DNA of 44,463 nucleotides, taken from contig CAZHDI010000006.1 in the NCBI GenBank assembly GCA_964531285.1, positions 19,315-63,777 of the forward strand, read 5' to 3'. Below, piece after piece: positions 27,792-38,195 of the stretch. The stretch comes from an uncultured Alphaproteobacteria bacterium (lineage in GTDB: Bacteria; Pseudomonadota; Alphaproteobacteria; JAJFIK01). A program made the position numbers and the translations under genes. The stretch's first letter is position 1; every line of letters starts with the position of its first letter. The notes below the pieces were generated by a model. It saw only the letters and a list, made by a program, of their open reading frames with translations. It did no database searches and was not told the DNA's origin.

Positions 27792-28781
27792 TCATCCTCC
27801 CTTGCCAGCCGGATTATCCGCATACGGCATCCGGCCGGGGATATAATCGTTGATATTACCGTACAGGATTTCCCCGTCGAGATCGATGGTGGTCATGGTC
27901 CCGTACCAGGGCTCGCCCAGCGCCGGGATGCCATAGCTCTGCCGCCGGTGCGCGATCAATTCACGGGTGCTGCCGTCCGGGCGGGTGAGGATCAACCGCC
28001 GCTCCGGCGCGGGCGGCGTGATCGCGAAGCGCTCGAACAGGCTGACATCGTCCGTCCCCCGCCCGCGAAGGATGTAGCCGCCGGAACCCTCGGGGCTGAC
28101 CACCAGGGTCGAAGCGGTCCGGGCGCCCCAAAGCGTGGCATAGGTGAAGGGAATCGTGAACCGCGCCTCGGTCTGGACCTGTTCGTGAAACTGGGCCGGC
28201 CCTTCGAAGCTGATCCTCTGCCCGCCAATGGTCAAGGCGACGGACGACCAGCCGAAAATCTCGGTACGCCCTTCCAGGAGCCCGGCAAACCCCAGCCGGG
28301 GTTGAAAAGCGCTCTCAATGTCGAGCGTTACGTCGCCCGGCCCATGGCGCGCCTCCCGGCTGGCCCGTGCCATTACCCGCGCGCTGCAGGACGCCGAGCG
28401 GGGATCCGCCGCCGGACCGCTCCGCATGTAACTCAACAGCGCGGGCTTTGACGCGGCATAGCGGACCTCATCGCCGGCGACCGCCGTGCGCGCAGGTCCG
28501 CAGGGCGCGCAATGATCCGTATAGGCCCAAAAGCCATCCGGCGTATAAGCATGAACCCAGATCCACGCCAGACCGATCTCCGGATAGCGGCACAGCCGGG
28601 TGTTGATGCCGTACCGCCCATCCATGCTGGCCGCGCCGGTATGCACCGACTCGCTGTAGAGCGCCTTGCCGCGCACCGCCTCGGTGCAGTCGCCCGCCGC
28701 GCTGGCCGGCCTCGTCCCCCAAAGCGGTCCCGAGAGCGGCACCGCCGCCAGCCCCGCCATCACCGTCCTGCGATCCATCAT
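27792..28781 (-). CDS. Hypothetical periplasmic protein with twin-arginine signal
   Basis: MMDRRTVMAGLAA...ASA signal; GGAGG RBS; beta-rich-looking body. Confidence 0.7.
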   Translation of the reverse strand: MMDRRTVMAGLAAVPLSGPLWGTRPASAAGDCTEAVRGKALYSESVHTGAASMDGRYGINTRLCRYPEIGLAWIWVHAYTPDGFWAYTDHCAPCGPARTAVAGDEVRYAASKPALLSYMRSGPAADPRSASCSARVMARASREARHGPGDVTLDIESAFQPRLGFAGLLEGRTEIFGWSSVALTIGGQRISFEGPAQFHEQVQTEARFTIPFTYATLWGARTASTLVVSPEGSGGYILRGRGTDDVSLFERFAITPPAPERRLILTRPDGSTRELIAHRRQSYGIPALGEPWYGTMTTIDLDGEILYGNINDYIPGRMPYADNPAGKGG

Positions 28782-28899
28782 GATGTCCGCCCTCCCTGAG
28801 CTGCCGGATCCGCGCCCGGCTTTGCCCGGCTTTGTCTGACAGTATTGTCCACACGGGCGGCGATTTGGGAAGGGGCCTCAACCGGCACGGCTGCCGCGC

Positions 28900-30915
28900 T
28901 CAGGCAAACCGGTCCAGAACCGGCCCAAGATGGTGCTTGAGCGGGTCCAGATGAGCCTCAAACGCGCGCCATTGCTCGACGCCGGAATCGTAAATCGGCT
29001 GGCGCACCTGTTCGGAACTGGCGGTGCGCACGGACCGCTCGGTTTCGTGGAACGCCAGACAGGCCGGCTCGAAGGGCAGACCGCAGAAGTCCAGAAGACG
29101 GCGCACCTGGGTTTCCAGGTTGGCGACAACCTCTTCATACTGAACACGCAGGACCTTGCCGGGCAGCACCGCGTCCCAATGGTCCATCAGATCGACATAG
29201 CCGCGATAATACCGGCCGATTTCTTCCAGACCGTAAGTGAACTCCTGCCCTTCCCCGAAGAGTTGCTTGAAACCGCTGAAACAACAGGCCAGCGGATGGC
29301 GGCGGGCATCGATGATCTTGGCGTTCGGCAGGATCAGATGAATCAGACCGATATGCCGGAAATTATTGGGCATCTTGTCGGTGAAGAACGGTGCCCCCTG
29401 ACGATACAGGGCCGTATCCCGGATATAGTCGGCACCATGGCGCTCCAGGTCCTCCGCAGGCAGATCGGTCAGCACATCCGGATAACGCGGCGCGTCGCTG
29501 AGCTGGCGCCGCCCGTTGAGCCGGTGGGCCAGCGCCAGGATATGGGGCAATTCGAAGGTGCCGTCGACCTGGGAATGGGAGGCCAGGATCTGCTCCAGCA
29601 GCGTGGACCCGGCGCGCGGCAAGCCGACGATAAAGATCGGCGCGGGATCCGGGCAGCCCTGCCCGGCCCGGCCCTTGAACAGATCGTGCGTACACACCTG
29701 CTTCTGAGCGTCGAACGAGGCTTGCATCCGGTCCGCATCATAGCGCAGTTCGGCTTTTTTGAGGGCATTGCCGCGCTCGTAATAGGTAAAGGCGTCGTCG
29801 ATCTCGCGCCGATCCTCCAGCGCTTTGCCGAGCGCAAAGCACAAATGGTAGCGGTCGGCGAGCGCAATCCCCGGCGCTGCTTCGCGGGCGCGCATCTGCC
29901 CGATTTCATCCTCCGTGAACCGATAGGTTTTGAGATTGGCCAGGCTCCAGAAGGCATCGCCGAAATCCGGCTTCACCGCATAGGCCTTGCGATAGGCGCT
30001 GACCGCATCGTCCTGGCGGCCCACGGTCTTGAGCGCGTGACCCTTCACGAGCCAGGTATGCGGATGATCGGGCAGTTGTGCCAGCACCCGGTCGTAGATG
30101 GCGAGGGCAGCCTCGAAATCCCCCACCGCCATGCTTTCATTGCCGAGCGCGGTGGCGAAAAGCGGATTATCCGGGTCAAGATCGTGAAGCCGCTTGGCCT
30201 CTTCCAGTGCGGCGGCGAATTTCTGGCGCTTGTGCAGAACGTTCACATAGTCATAGCGCGCCGGCACATGATCGGGCGCAAATTCCAGACAGCTTTCGAG
30301 CAGGAACTCCGCGTCGTCGAGCACGTAAAGGCGCGCGCCGATATCGGCCAGGAGGCGCATGGCCTCGACATGATGCGGAGTCTTGCGCAGGAAGGCCCGC
30401 ACGAGTTGCTCGGCCTTGAGCAGTTTGCCTTCATGGATAAAGCTCGTCACACTGACGAGTTCGGGCGGCAGGCTCGCCAGCCGCGCCGCCTGGGCCCGCG
30501 CCGGAGCCGCCTGATCGGATGCGCCGGCAGCCTCCAGCACCTCCGCCAGACAGCGCCAACTCGCCTGGAGCGCGGGATTGGCCGCGACCGCCTGGCGATA
30601 GGCGCCGACGGCCTCGTCCAGGCGCCCAAGGCCGCGCAGCACATGACCGGCCTCCTGGTGGGCCCGGCCATAGCCTGGCGCGCTGGCCTTGAGGCGCTCC
30701 AGCGTCGCCAGCGCCCCCGCCGGATCGCCGCCATACCGCTGGCACACCGCCGCGATGTAAAGCCCGTCAACATGGCCGGGTGCCAGCCTTATAGCCGCCT
30801 GGGCCTCACCAAGAGCATCCCCGATCTGGCCTTTCTGGAGCAGCGCCTTGGCCGCATCGGCGTGCGCGTCGGCCTTTTGCGCGGTCTCATCGGGCGGGGA
30901 AGCGGGCTCGGCCAT
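28900..30915 (-). CDS. TPR-containing sulfotransferase family protein
   Basis: N-terminal TPRs; PIFIVGLPRAGSTLLEQIL.SH, TDKMPNNF, VRTASSEQVRQPIY. Confidence 0.93.
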   Translation of the reverse strand: MAEPASPPDETAQKADAHADAAKALLQKGQIGDALGEAQAAIRLAPGHVDGLYIAAVCQRYGGDPAGALATLERLKASAPGYGRAHQEAGHVLRGLGRLDEAVGAYRQAVAANPALQASWRCLAEVLEAAGASDQAAPARAQAARLASLPPELVSVTSFIHEGKLLKAEQLVRAFLRKTPHHVEAMRLLADIGARLYVLDDAEFLLESCLEFAPDHVPARYDYVNVLHKRQKFAAALEEAKRLHDLDPDNPLFATALGNESMAVGDFEAALAIYDRVLAQLPDHPHTWLVKGHALKTVGRQDDAVSAYRKAYAVKPDFGDAFWSLANLKTYRFTEDEIGQMRAREAAPGIALADRYHLCFALGKALEDRREIDDAFTYYERGNALKKAELRYDADRMQASFDAQKQVCTHDLFKGRAGQGCPDPAPIFIVGLPRAGSTLLEQILASHSQVDGTFELPHILALAHRLNGRRQLSDAPRYPDVLTDLPAEDLERHGADYIRDTALYRQGAPFFTDKMPNNFRHIGLIHLILPNAKIIDARRHPLACCFSGFKQLFGEGQEFTYGLEEIGRYYRGYVDLMDHWDAVLPGKVLRVQYEEVVANLETQVRRLLDFCGLPFEPACLAFHETERSVRTASSEQVRQPIYDSGVEQWRAFEAHLDPLKHHLGPVLDRFA

Positions 30916-30943
30916 GGCGGGCGTCTCCGGTCACACGGATACG

Positions 30944-30971
30944 AAAAGAGCGGCCTCGCACGAGGCCGCTC
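30944..30971 (-). terminator. Hairpin/terminator between the second TBDR and the sulfotransferase
   Basis: GAGCGGCCTCG-CA-CGAGGCCGCTC with TTTT on the - strand. Confidence 0.65.
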
Positions 30972-31004
30972 CCACAGTAACGCAAACCTATCGGGCGCGC
31001 GATG

Positions 31005-33464
31005 TCAGTAGTAATCGTACGACACGCGCAGCCCCACCGTGCGCGGACGGTTGGTGGCGATCCGCACGATGTCGTCCTGATCGTTGATGAACAATTCGGC
31101 CCGCTCATCGGTCAGGTTCTCGATAAAGATTTCGGCGCTCCAGTTCTCCTGGGTAACACCGAAGGACAAATCGGCGGTGACATAGCTATCCTGCTCGCGC
31201 GAATCGGCGGCCACGAGCGAGCTGGTCGTGCTGTCCGCATACTGCACACCGGCCTGGACGAAGCCGACATAATCGCCCGCGAAGGGCTGCTCATACCGGC
31301 CGCGCAAATTACCCTGGAACTCCGGCGTCAGCGGCAGGGAGCTGCCGACCGGCACCAGTTCCACGGCCTGGCCGCGCGTCTCTGTCAACTCCGTGTCGTT
31401 GTACGACAGCGCCGCGAACAGGGTCAGATTCTCGTTCACCGACCACACCGTATCGGCCTCGACCCCAAGAATCTCCGAGTCCGCCGCATTTTCGATGAAG
31501 GTCAGAATAGAGACGTTCTGCGGGTCGAAACGCGAGACCTGCATGTCCGTCCACTCGATGAAATAGACGTTACCGTTGAACTGGAGATTGCCGTCCATAA
31601 GCAGGGTTTTCCACCCGGCCTCGTAATTGGTCACATCATCCGTGTCATACGTAACGCCCACCGTCGGGAAGGCCGGATTGGCCGAGGGAATACCCCCGCC
31701 CCGGTTGAAGCCGCCCGGACGGTAGCCTTCCGAGTAGGTCGCATAGAACAGCAGATCCTGGGTCGGCGTATAGGTCACCGTATATTTCTGGATCACGCCG
31801 TCGAGTTCGAGCGGTTTGTCCGAATGGCCGCCCGAGAGATCGTAATCGCGCCCGCGATCCTGGTTGACCGAGCCCTGGAAGATCCCGTCGGCGAAGTTCG
31901 AGGAGCCGGTGAAATCCTGCTCCAGGTCGTAATAGCGGGCGCCAGCGGTCACCGTCAGAAGATCCGGGATCAGATCGAACGAGACCTCGCCGAACACCGC
32001 GATCTGTTTTTCCGTTCGCGTAATGTCGTTGAAGAACGCAATCCCCTCGGGGCGCGTGCTCGGATTGATGCTGGTCGCGGTCGACAGCGGCGCGTTCGGC
32101 GCGAAGCCCAGATCGGGCACCGCCAGATAGGCATAGTCGTCGAGGGTCTCGATCTCAAAATCGTCGTAGAACACCCCGGCGGTCAGGCGCCAACGGTTGG
32201 TCTGGTCGGTCGAGAAACGGAACTCGTGAGTGTTCCGAGTATGGAATTGTTCGCCCTTGAAGCCCTTGACCGGATTGAGGCATTCCCGGCCGTCCGGCGT
32301 AATGAACTGCGGGTCGATGCCGTAATTCACGATATAGTCGGGGTTGGTGTAGGTGCAGGTGTAATAGGCGATGAACCCGCCAACATTGTTATAGCCGGTG
32401 TAGTCGATCGACTGGTTCACATCGCGGTCGAGATACGCACCCGTGTACAGAAGATCGAGCATGGCAAGGCGCCCCTCGATCGTCCAGGACGTCTGACCAA
32501 ACTCATCGCGCAGCTTGTCCGGGAAAAAGCGCGACACTTCCAGATCGCCGACTTCCGGGTCGTAATCGAACACACCGTCCGCGCCCAACTCCTGCTGCGT
32601 ATGCTGAACGAGCACGCTCCAGTCGTCGGTCACCTGATATTTCGCACTCAGGCGCACGCCCTTATAGAAGCTGTCGTTGAAATCGTCCTCGACCAGATCG
32701 ATGTTGCTGGCCGTGTCGTACCGCGCCGCGCCGGCCGGACCGTTCGACAGCGGATTGACCGCCGGGTCGAGCGTGAAGGAGCCCTCGACATTGTCGATAT
32801 AGCCGCCTTCGTTGATCGAATAGAAGGCCGCGCGGACGCCGAACTTGTCTTCGATGATCGGCACATTGATATAAGCCTCGACACCGTCGCTCATTTCACC
32901 GCCCTGGGTGAAGGCGACGCTGGCATCGAACCCGGCCTGGAATTCATCCAGCACCGGCTTGTTGGTAATCAGACGAACCGTCCCCGCCTGGGAACTCGCC
33001 CCGTAGAGCGTACCCTGCGGACCGGCCAGAACCTCGATACGCTCCAGGTCGGTCGCATAGACGTCCAAGTTGCGGCCCGGCGCCGTCACCGGCTGTTCGT
33101 CAAGATAAAGCGCGACGTTGGGCGTCGAGCCTTGCGCGCCCGACAGCATCACGGTGATAGGTTCGACCGACAGACCACGGATGAAGATGGTCGACTGGCC
33201 CGGACCGCGCCCCCCGGCGGTGACATTGGGCAGATACCGGACATAATCGTCGAAATTGCCGATATTCAGCTCATCAATCGTCTCACTATCGACGGCTTGA
33301 ACCGCGACCGGAATGTCCTGCGCAGCAGCTTCCTGCTTGGTCGCCGTCACCGTGATCGTTTCGATCCGGCCGCGCTGCGCCGGTGCATCGTCCTGCGCTA
33401 AGGCCGGTACCCAAACTGTGGATGCCAGCGCTATGGCGGACGTGGTGCTCAGCAGTCTCGACAT
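31005..33464 (-). CDS. TonB-dependent receptor
   Basis: Signal peptide, ETITVTATK TonB box, IERIEVLAGPQGTLYG-type plug motif (LERIEVLAGPQGTLYGASS), C-terminal PRTVGLRVSYDYY. Confidence 0.95.
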   Translation of the reverse strand: MSRLLSTTSAIALASTVWVPALAQDDAPAQRGRIETITVTATKQEAAAQDIPVAVQAVDSETIDELNIGNFDDYVRYLPNVTAGGRGPGQSTIFIRGLSVEPITVMLSGAQGSTPNVALYLDEQPVTAPGRNLDVYATDLERIEVLAGPQGTLYGASSQAGTVRLITNKPVLDEFQAGFDASVAFTQGGEMSDGVEAYINVPIIEDKFGVRAAFYSINEGGYIDNVEGSFTLDPAVNPLSNGPAGAARYDTASNIDLVEDDFNDSFYKGVRLSAKYQVTDDWSVLVQHTQQELGADGVFDYDPEVGDLEVSRFFPDKLRDEFGQTSWTIEGRLAMLDLLYTGAYLDRDVNQSIDYTGYNNVGGFIAYYTCTYTNPDYIVNYGIDPQFITPDGRECLNPVKGFKGEQFHTRNTHEFRFSTDQTNRWRLTAGVFYDDFEIETLDDYAYLAVPDLGFAPNAPLSTATSINPSTRPEGIAFFNDITRTEKQIAVFGEVSFDLIPDLLTVTAGARYYDLEQDFTGSSNFADGIFQGSVNQDRGRDYDLSGGHSDKPLELDGVIQKYTVTYTPTQDLLFYATYSEGYRPGGFNRGGGIPSANPAFPTVGVTYDTDDVTNYEAGWKTLLMDGNLQFNGNVYFIEWTDMQVSRFDPQNVSILTFIENAADSEILGVEADTVWSVNENLTLFAALSYNDTELTETRGQAVELVPVGSSLPLTPEFQGNLRGRYEQPFAGDYVGFVQAGVQYADSTTSSLVAADSREQDSYVTADLSFGVTQENWSAEIFIENLTDERAELFINDQDDIVRIATNRPRTVGLRVSYDYY

Positions 33465-33802
33465 CAGTATGTCCCCTGATTGTTTTAGCCTAATGGTTCA
33501 GGCTCGTATGATCTTGGCCCGGTATGATTTCGGCCCGGTCGGCTCACATGCCGATGACGGCCCTGCCGGGCAGGGTCGTCGTGTCAGTCCACAATTTTTA
33601 TTCTGACGTGGTCCCGATCACGCTGACGGCGTACGGAAGCAATCGGAAAATGTTGTCCGTGTCGTACTCATCTTTATCCGTACAAAGCCCATCAGCCGAC
33701 GATCAACGTAGCATCGCGAGACGGAAACGAAAGGCCATAAGGCGCATCGGGACGGCGTCGCACCGTGATGCACCGCACAATGCGATTAAAATAAAATAAT
33801 AA

Positions 33803-33815
33803 AATCAATAGCTTA
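33803..33815 (+). promoter_or_regulatory. Possible IHF-binding site in the divergent promoter region
   Basis: AATCAA-TAGC-TTA matches WATCAA-N4-TTR and is preceded by an A/T tract. Confidence 0.45.
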
Positions 33816-33961
33816 AGGATAAGGCGTGGCAGAAAAGCAACAATCAGACAAAGTCTCGGCTCGGGCCGCTCCCGGGGGCGGCACGCTGGTCAAGCCGGGC
33901 CGAAACCGCCTACACTCCCAAGGATACAATCTGAACGCGCCGTGCCGTTAAGGAGACACCC

Positions 33962-34225
33962 ATGACGCTTACTTCCCTCCGCCGCCGTGCGCCCCTGGCG
34001 GCCGGCGGCGCCCTGATCGTGGGATTGACGCTTTCAGGCTGTGCCCACCAAACCGCGCTCGATGAACCGGCGCGGCTGCCGGGCGGGCGCACCGGCATGA
34101 CGGCGACAGAGCATTGCCTGCGCTACAACATGGCCCGGGCGGTGGATTGGCAGGTCATCGAAGCCGAATGCGCCGCCGGGACGCCAGATCCGGCGCCGGC
34201 CGATGAGGACGCGCCCGAGAATTGA
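33962..34225 (+). CDS. Small hypothetical lipoprotein
   Basis: AAGGAG RBS, basic N-region, hydrophobic core, lipobox LSGC. Confidence 0.7.
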   Translation: MTLTSLRRRAPLAAGGALIVGLTLSGCAHQTALDEPARLPGGRTGMTATEHCLRYNMARAVDWQVIEAECAAGTPDPAPADEDAPEN

Positions 34226-34262
34226 TCCCCCGCGCGCCGCTCGCTGAGACGATGGGCCGTGA

Positions 34263-34784
34263 TTACGGCCGCCGGATCACCCCGCAGGCAATTCGGCCTC
34301 CGGCCCCGCCGATGGGCTGGGTGAGATGATCGTCCTGGCTTTCATGGATGATCAGGGTGGACCCGTCGGCGTCCAGAAGGGCGGCCGCCCCCTCGCTCAT
34401 GGTCACCAGCGAGGTGTAGAGTTCCACATCCGCCGAGCCGTCAGTGTGCACGATCAGATTGGGCAGATTGCCCTCATGGGGCCCATCGGGGTGATAAAAG
34501 CCGTGGGGCTTGCCCGAGGGCATGATGTGCGGCCCCGTCGCCTTGAACCCGGCCTCGGGATCCTCGCAAGTGCCGATCGCATGGAAATGCATCCCGCGCG
34601 GACCGGCCGGCAGACCGCGCGCCCGGATCCGCAGGATAATCCCTTCGGTGCCTTCAAAGAACGATACCGTGCCGACATGGCTGCCGTCGCGGTCGATAAG
34701 CGTGGCCAGCGCGTCCGCATCCCGGGCCTGAGCCGGCCCGGCCAGCGCCATCGCCATCACACCGGCAGCGAGAAACCGCTTCAT
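34263..34784 (-). CDS. sodC: Periplasmic Cu/Zn superoxide dismutase family protein
   Basis: Signal peptide; MHFH..G.C, GPH, PHG, HEGNLPNL, IIH, GGRIACG; AGGAGG RBS before ATG 34784. Confidence 0.88.
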   Translation of the reverse strand: MKRFLAAGVMAMALAGPAQARDADALATLIDRDGSHVGTVSFFEGTEGIILRIRARGLPAGPRGMHFHAIGTCEDPEAGFKATGPHIMPSGKPHGFYHPDGPHEGNLPNLIVHTDGSADVELYTSLVTMSEGAAALLDADGSTLIIHESQDDHLTQPIGGAGGRIACGVIRRP

Positions 34785-34843
34785 CCTTGCCTCCTGAACT
34801 GGGTGATCTCTGGCCACGGTTGTAGCGCAGACCGGCGCGCGGG

Positions 34844-35866
34844 TCACCGGCAGTGCGCGACCGTGCCGTAAACGTCGCGGCTGACTTCCGCGCCCGAGGG
34901 CAGATCGGCGGTCTGATCCAGGATCCAGACCCCGATATCGCGCCAGACCGTCTCGGCGCCCAGATCGCGCAGCAGCATGTGATAGCCCTCCGGATAGACC
35001 GCCATGCGCGGATTGGGACCGCACAGGCTCAAGGCGACCTCGTGAACCGGGCGGCGCGGGATGATCTCGTCTTTTTCGCCGTACAGCAGCAGGACCGGGT
35101 CCTCGACGGCGCCCGCGCTGGCGTAGCCGGTCTCCATCAGATCCACCAGGCCGTAGATCGCATCGGCGCGGGTATCGATGATGATATTGGGATCGCGGGC
35201 ATAGGCGCGCAGCATCTCGATATTATCGCTGGGCATGATGTCGAGCCCGCCGCCATCGAGCTGCATGCCCGGAATGGCGAAGGCCGACAGCCAGAGGCTG
35301 GCGCGATAGAGGAACGGCTGGCTGGACCAGCCCCACACCGCCGGCGCGACCAGGATCACCCCGTCGACCGGCAAGTCCTGGCGCGCGCTCGCGGCGATGG
35401 CGACCGCCCCGCCCATGCTTTCGCCCAGCAAAAACAGCGGGACATCCGGATAGACGGCACTGACCAGAGTGATGAAGGTCGTCAGGTCATCGACCATGCG
35501 GTCTTCGCCCGGCCAGATGCCGCGCTGGGCCGTGCGCCCGAAACCGCGCTGATCATAGGCATAGGTGGTAATGCCGCGCGCTGCCCACCATGCGCCGGGC
35601 ATCGCGAAGGCATTGGCATAATCGTTCATGCCGTGAACCGCGATGATGACCGCACGCGGATCATCGGCCAGCCACGCATCGACGGCCAGGTCCACCCCGT
35701 CGGGGGTGCGGAAGAATGAGCCGCGCAAAAGCGGCGAGCGCGGCTCCTCGGCCGCCGGCCCCGCCGTCTGTATCGTCGGCCCGCAGGCCGTCAGCATAAG
35801 GAGCATGGCCAGCGCGCTGCACAGCCCAACGATCCCCCGCCGCAACGATCCGACATCCACCGGCAT
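34844..35866 (-). CDS. Alpha/beta hydrolase, lysophospholipase-like lipoprotein
   Basis: Lipobox LTAC, VHGMNDY, DQRGFG, GESMGG, GYHMLLRD. Confidence 0.9.
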   Translation of the reverse strand: MPVDVGSLRRGIVGLCSALAMLLMLTACGPTIQTAGPAAEEPRSPLLRGSFFRTPDGVDLAVDAWLADDPRAVIIAVHGMNDYANAFAMPGAWWAARGITTYAYDQRGFGRTAQRGIWPGEDRMVDDLTTFITLVSAVYPDVPLFLLGESMGGAVAIAASARQDLPVDGVILVAPAVWGWSSQPFLYRASLWLSAFAIPGMQLDGGGLDIMPSDNIEMLRAYARDPNIIIDTRADAIYGLVDLMETGYASAGAVEDPVLLLYGEKDEIIPRRPVHEVALSLCGPNPRMAVYPEGYHMLLRDLGAETVWRDIGVWILDQTADLPSGAEVSRDVYGTVAHCR

Positions 35867-35875
35867 GGTTCCGCC

Positions 35876-36514
35876 TCACTCCTTGATATCCGCCGTGCCC
35901 TCACCGGGTTTCGGGCCCAATGCGGCGCGCACCCGGCGGCGGATATAGGGCAACACCTCCGCCTCGAACCAGGGATTGCGCTTCAACCAGGCATTGTTCC
36001 GCCAGGAGGGATGGGGCAACGGCACATAAAGCGGGGTAAAGGCATGCCAGTTTCGGACCGTTTCGGTCAGTGTGCCGGCCCTGGACGCCCCCAGGTGCCA
36101 GCGCTGGGCATAGGCGCCAATGAGCAGCACCAGGTCCAGGTCGGTCAGGTGCTCGAACACCCGGTTGCGCCAAAGCGGGGCACATTCGGGCCGCGGCGGC
36201 AAATCCCCGCCTTTGGCATCCAATCCGGGAAAGCAGAACCCCATGGGCACGATGGCGATGCGCGCTGTGTCGTAGAATTCATCCCGCGTCACATCCATCC
36301 AGTCGCGCAGCCGGTCGCCGGACGGATCGGTGAACGGCACCGAGGAGGCATGGACCCGCGTGCCGGGCGCCTGCCCTGCGATCACGATGCGCGCGGTCGG
36401 GCCGACCCGCAGGACCGGGTTGGGCTCATGGGGCAGCGGTGTCTTGTTCGGGGTCTCGACACAGACCCGGCAGGCGCGGATCTCGGTGAGAAGACGGTCG
36501 AGTTTCGGCGGCAT
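35876..36514 (-). CDS. Uracil-DNA glycosylase superfamily protein
   Basis: CRVC, GQAPG, PFTDPSGDRLRDW, GFCFPG, LPHPSWRN. Confidence 0.9.
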   Translation of the reverse strand: MPPKLDRLLTEIRACRVCVETPNKTPLPHEPNPVLRVGPTARIVIAGQAPGTRVHASSVPFTDPSGDRLRDWMDVTRDEFYDTARIAIVPMGFCFPGLDAKGGDLPPRPECAPLWRNRVFEHLTDLDLVLLIGAYAQRWHLGASRAGTLTETVRNWHAFTPLYVPLPHPSWRNNAWLKRNPWFEAEVLPYIRRRVRAALGPKPGEGTADIKE

Positions 36515-36589
36515 GGCGGTTTGATAATCGTCAGCTTCGGCCAGAATGCGGCGGCTGCGCAACCATGCGCCGCGCCCGGGATGACAGCG

Positions 36590-36853
36590 CTACTCGTTCA
36601 CGGGCAACCCCAGCCGGATGACACCCTTCACGGTGCGGATATCCACGGTTTTGCCTTTGCGGGTGACGCGGATCAATCCCCGATCGGCAAGCCGGGCGGC
36701 AGCGGCCCGGATCGCCTTGAGATGGGCGCGCCAATTTTCGGCATCGAGCACCCGTGCGGCCTCGGACGGGCAGATGGTCTTGCCCGCCCCGCGCGCCGTC
36801 ACCAGGTCGAGAATGGCCCGTTCCGCGGCGGCGGACTCAGCCGGAGAGGCCAT
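36590..36853 (-). CDS. DUF3253 family small winged-helix protein
   Basis: GKTICPSEAAR...WR...KGVIRL. Confidence 0.85.
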   Translation of the reverse strand: MASPAESAAAERAILDLVTARGAGKTICPSEAARVLDAENWRAHLKAIRAAAARLADRGLIRVTRKGKTVDIRTVKGVIRLGLPVNE

Positions 36854-37994
36854 AATCGCGCAACATGGCCCGGGCGATCACGATCTGCTGGATCTGGCTG
36901 GTGCCTTCATAAAGCCGGAAGATCCGCACATCGCGGTAGAACCGCTCGATGCCGTAATCGGCCACATAGCCCGCGCCGCCGAACACCTGCACCGCCCGGT
37001 CGGCGACCCGCCCGACCATCTCGGACGCATAGTATTTGCAGCAGGATGCCTCCATCGAGACGCTCTCTCCGGCATCGCGCTTGCGGGCCGCGTCCATCAC
37101 CATGGCGCGCGCGGCATAGGCTTCGGTCTTGGCGTCGGCCAGCATGGCCTGAACGAGCTGGAACGAGCCGATCGCCTCGCCGAACTGTTTACGCTCGGCG
37201 GCATAGGCGGTCATTTCCTGAATGAGCCGCTCGGCCACGCCGACACACACCGCCGATATGTGCAGCCGGCCCCGGTCGAGCACCTGCATGGCGACCTTGA
37301 AGCCCTGCCCCTCATGGCCCAGGAGGCAGGACCGGGGGATGCGCGCATCCTCGAAGACCACATCGCAGATATGGGCGCCTTGCTGGCCCATTTTCTTCTC
37401 GGGCCGGCCGATCTTGATGTTCGGATTGTCGGTCGGCACGATGAACGCGGAGATGCCGCCCGCCCCGGCCTTGTCCGGATCGGAGCGCGCCATCAGCGTC
37501 AGAACGCCGGCCTTGTTAGCGTTGGTGATGTAGCGCTTGGTGCCGTTGACCAGATATTCGTTGCCGTCGGGCAGCGCGGTGGTGCGCACCGAGCTGGCAT
37601 CGGACCCGGCTTCAGGTTCGGTCAGGCAGAAACTGGCGATCACCTCGCCGCTGGCGAGCTTGGGCAGCCATTCGGCCTTCTGCTCGTCGGAGCCGAACAT
37701 CACGATGCCCTGGCTGCCGATCCCCACATTCGTACCAATGACCGAGCGGAACGCCGGTGAGGTCCAGCCCAGTTCCAGGGCAACCAGGACCTCTTCCTCC
37801 ATGTTGAGGCCCAGCCCGCCATACTCCTCGGGGATCGACAGGCCGAACAGGCCCAGGCCGCGCATTTCATCGACGATGTAAGCCGGAACCTCGTCATCCT
37901 CGGACACCTGGGCCTCAAGCGGCACAAGGCGTTCGCGTACGAAACGGCGCACCGTGTCGATAAGCTGGTCGCGGGTTGCGGGATCGAGCGCCAT
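36837..37994 (-). CDS. Acyl-CoA dehydrogenase
   Basis: FCLTEPEAGSD, NGTKRYITN, RKQFG, QVFGGAGY, YEGTSQIQ. Confidence 0.95.
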   Translation of the reverse strand: MALDPATRDQLIDTVRRFVRERLVPLEAQVSEDDEVPAYIVDEMRGLGLFGLSIPEEYGGLGLNMEEEVLVALELGWTSPAFRSVIGTNVGIGSQGIVMFGSDEQKAEWLPKLASGEVIASFCLTEPEAGSDASSVRTTALPDGNEYLVNGTKRYITNANKAGVLTLMARSDPDKAGAGGISAFIVPTDNPNIKIGRPEKKMGQQGAHICDVVFEDARIPRSCLLGHEGQGFKVAMQVLDRGRLHISAVCVGVAERLIQEMTAYAAERKQFGEAIGSFQLVQAMLADAKTEAYAARAMVMDAARKRDAGESVSMEASCCKYYASEMVGRVADRAVQVFGGAGYVADYGIERFYRDVRIFRLYEGTSQIQQIVIARAMLRDYGLSG

Positions 37995-38195
37995 GGTGGT
38001 GTCCTCTCATCTCGCTCCTGGCCGCCGCCGGCCCGAGCCTCTGACTTCGTTGTCGCACAGGGTCAGGCGCTACTCTAGCCTGGAGAGCCGGGGCGCCCTC
38101 AAGGGGGGCCGTTGCCGCATGCATTGGGCGCCCAGGGCCGCTATGCTGGTTGCCCGACGCGAGATCGCGCGCAATTGGGGGAGTACGCCGCAAGC

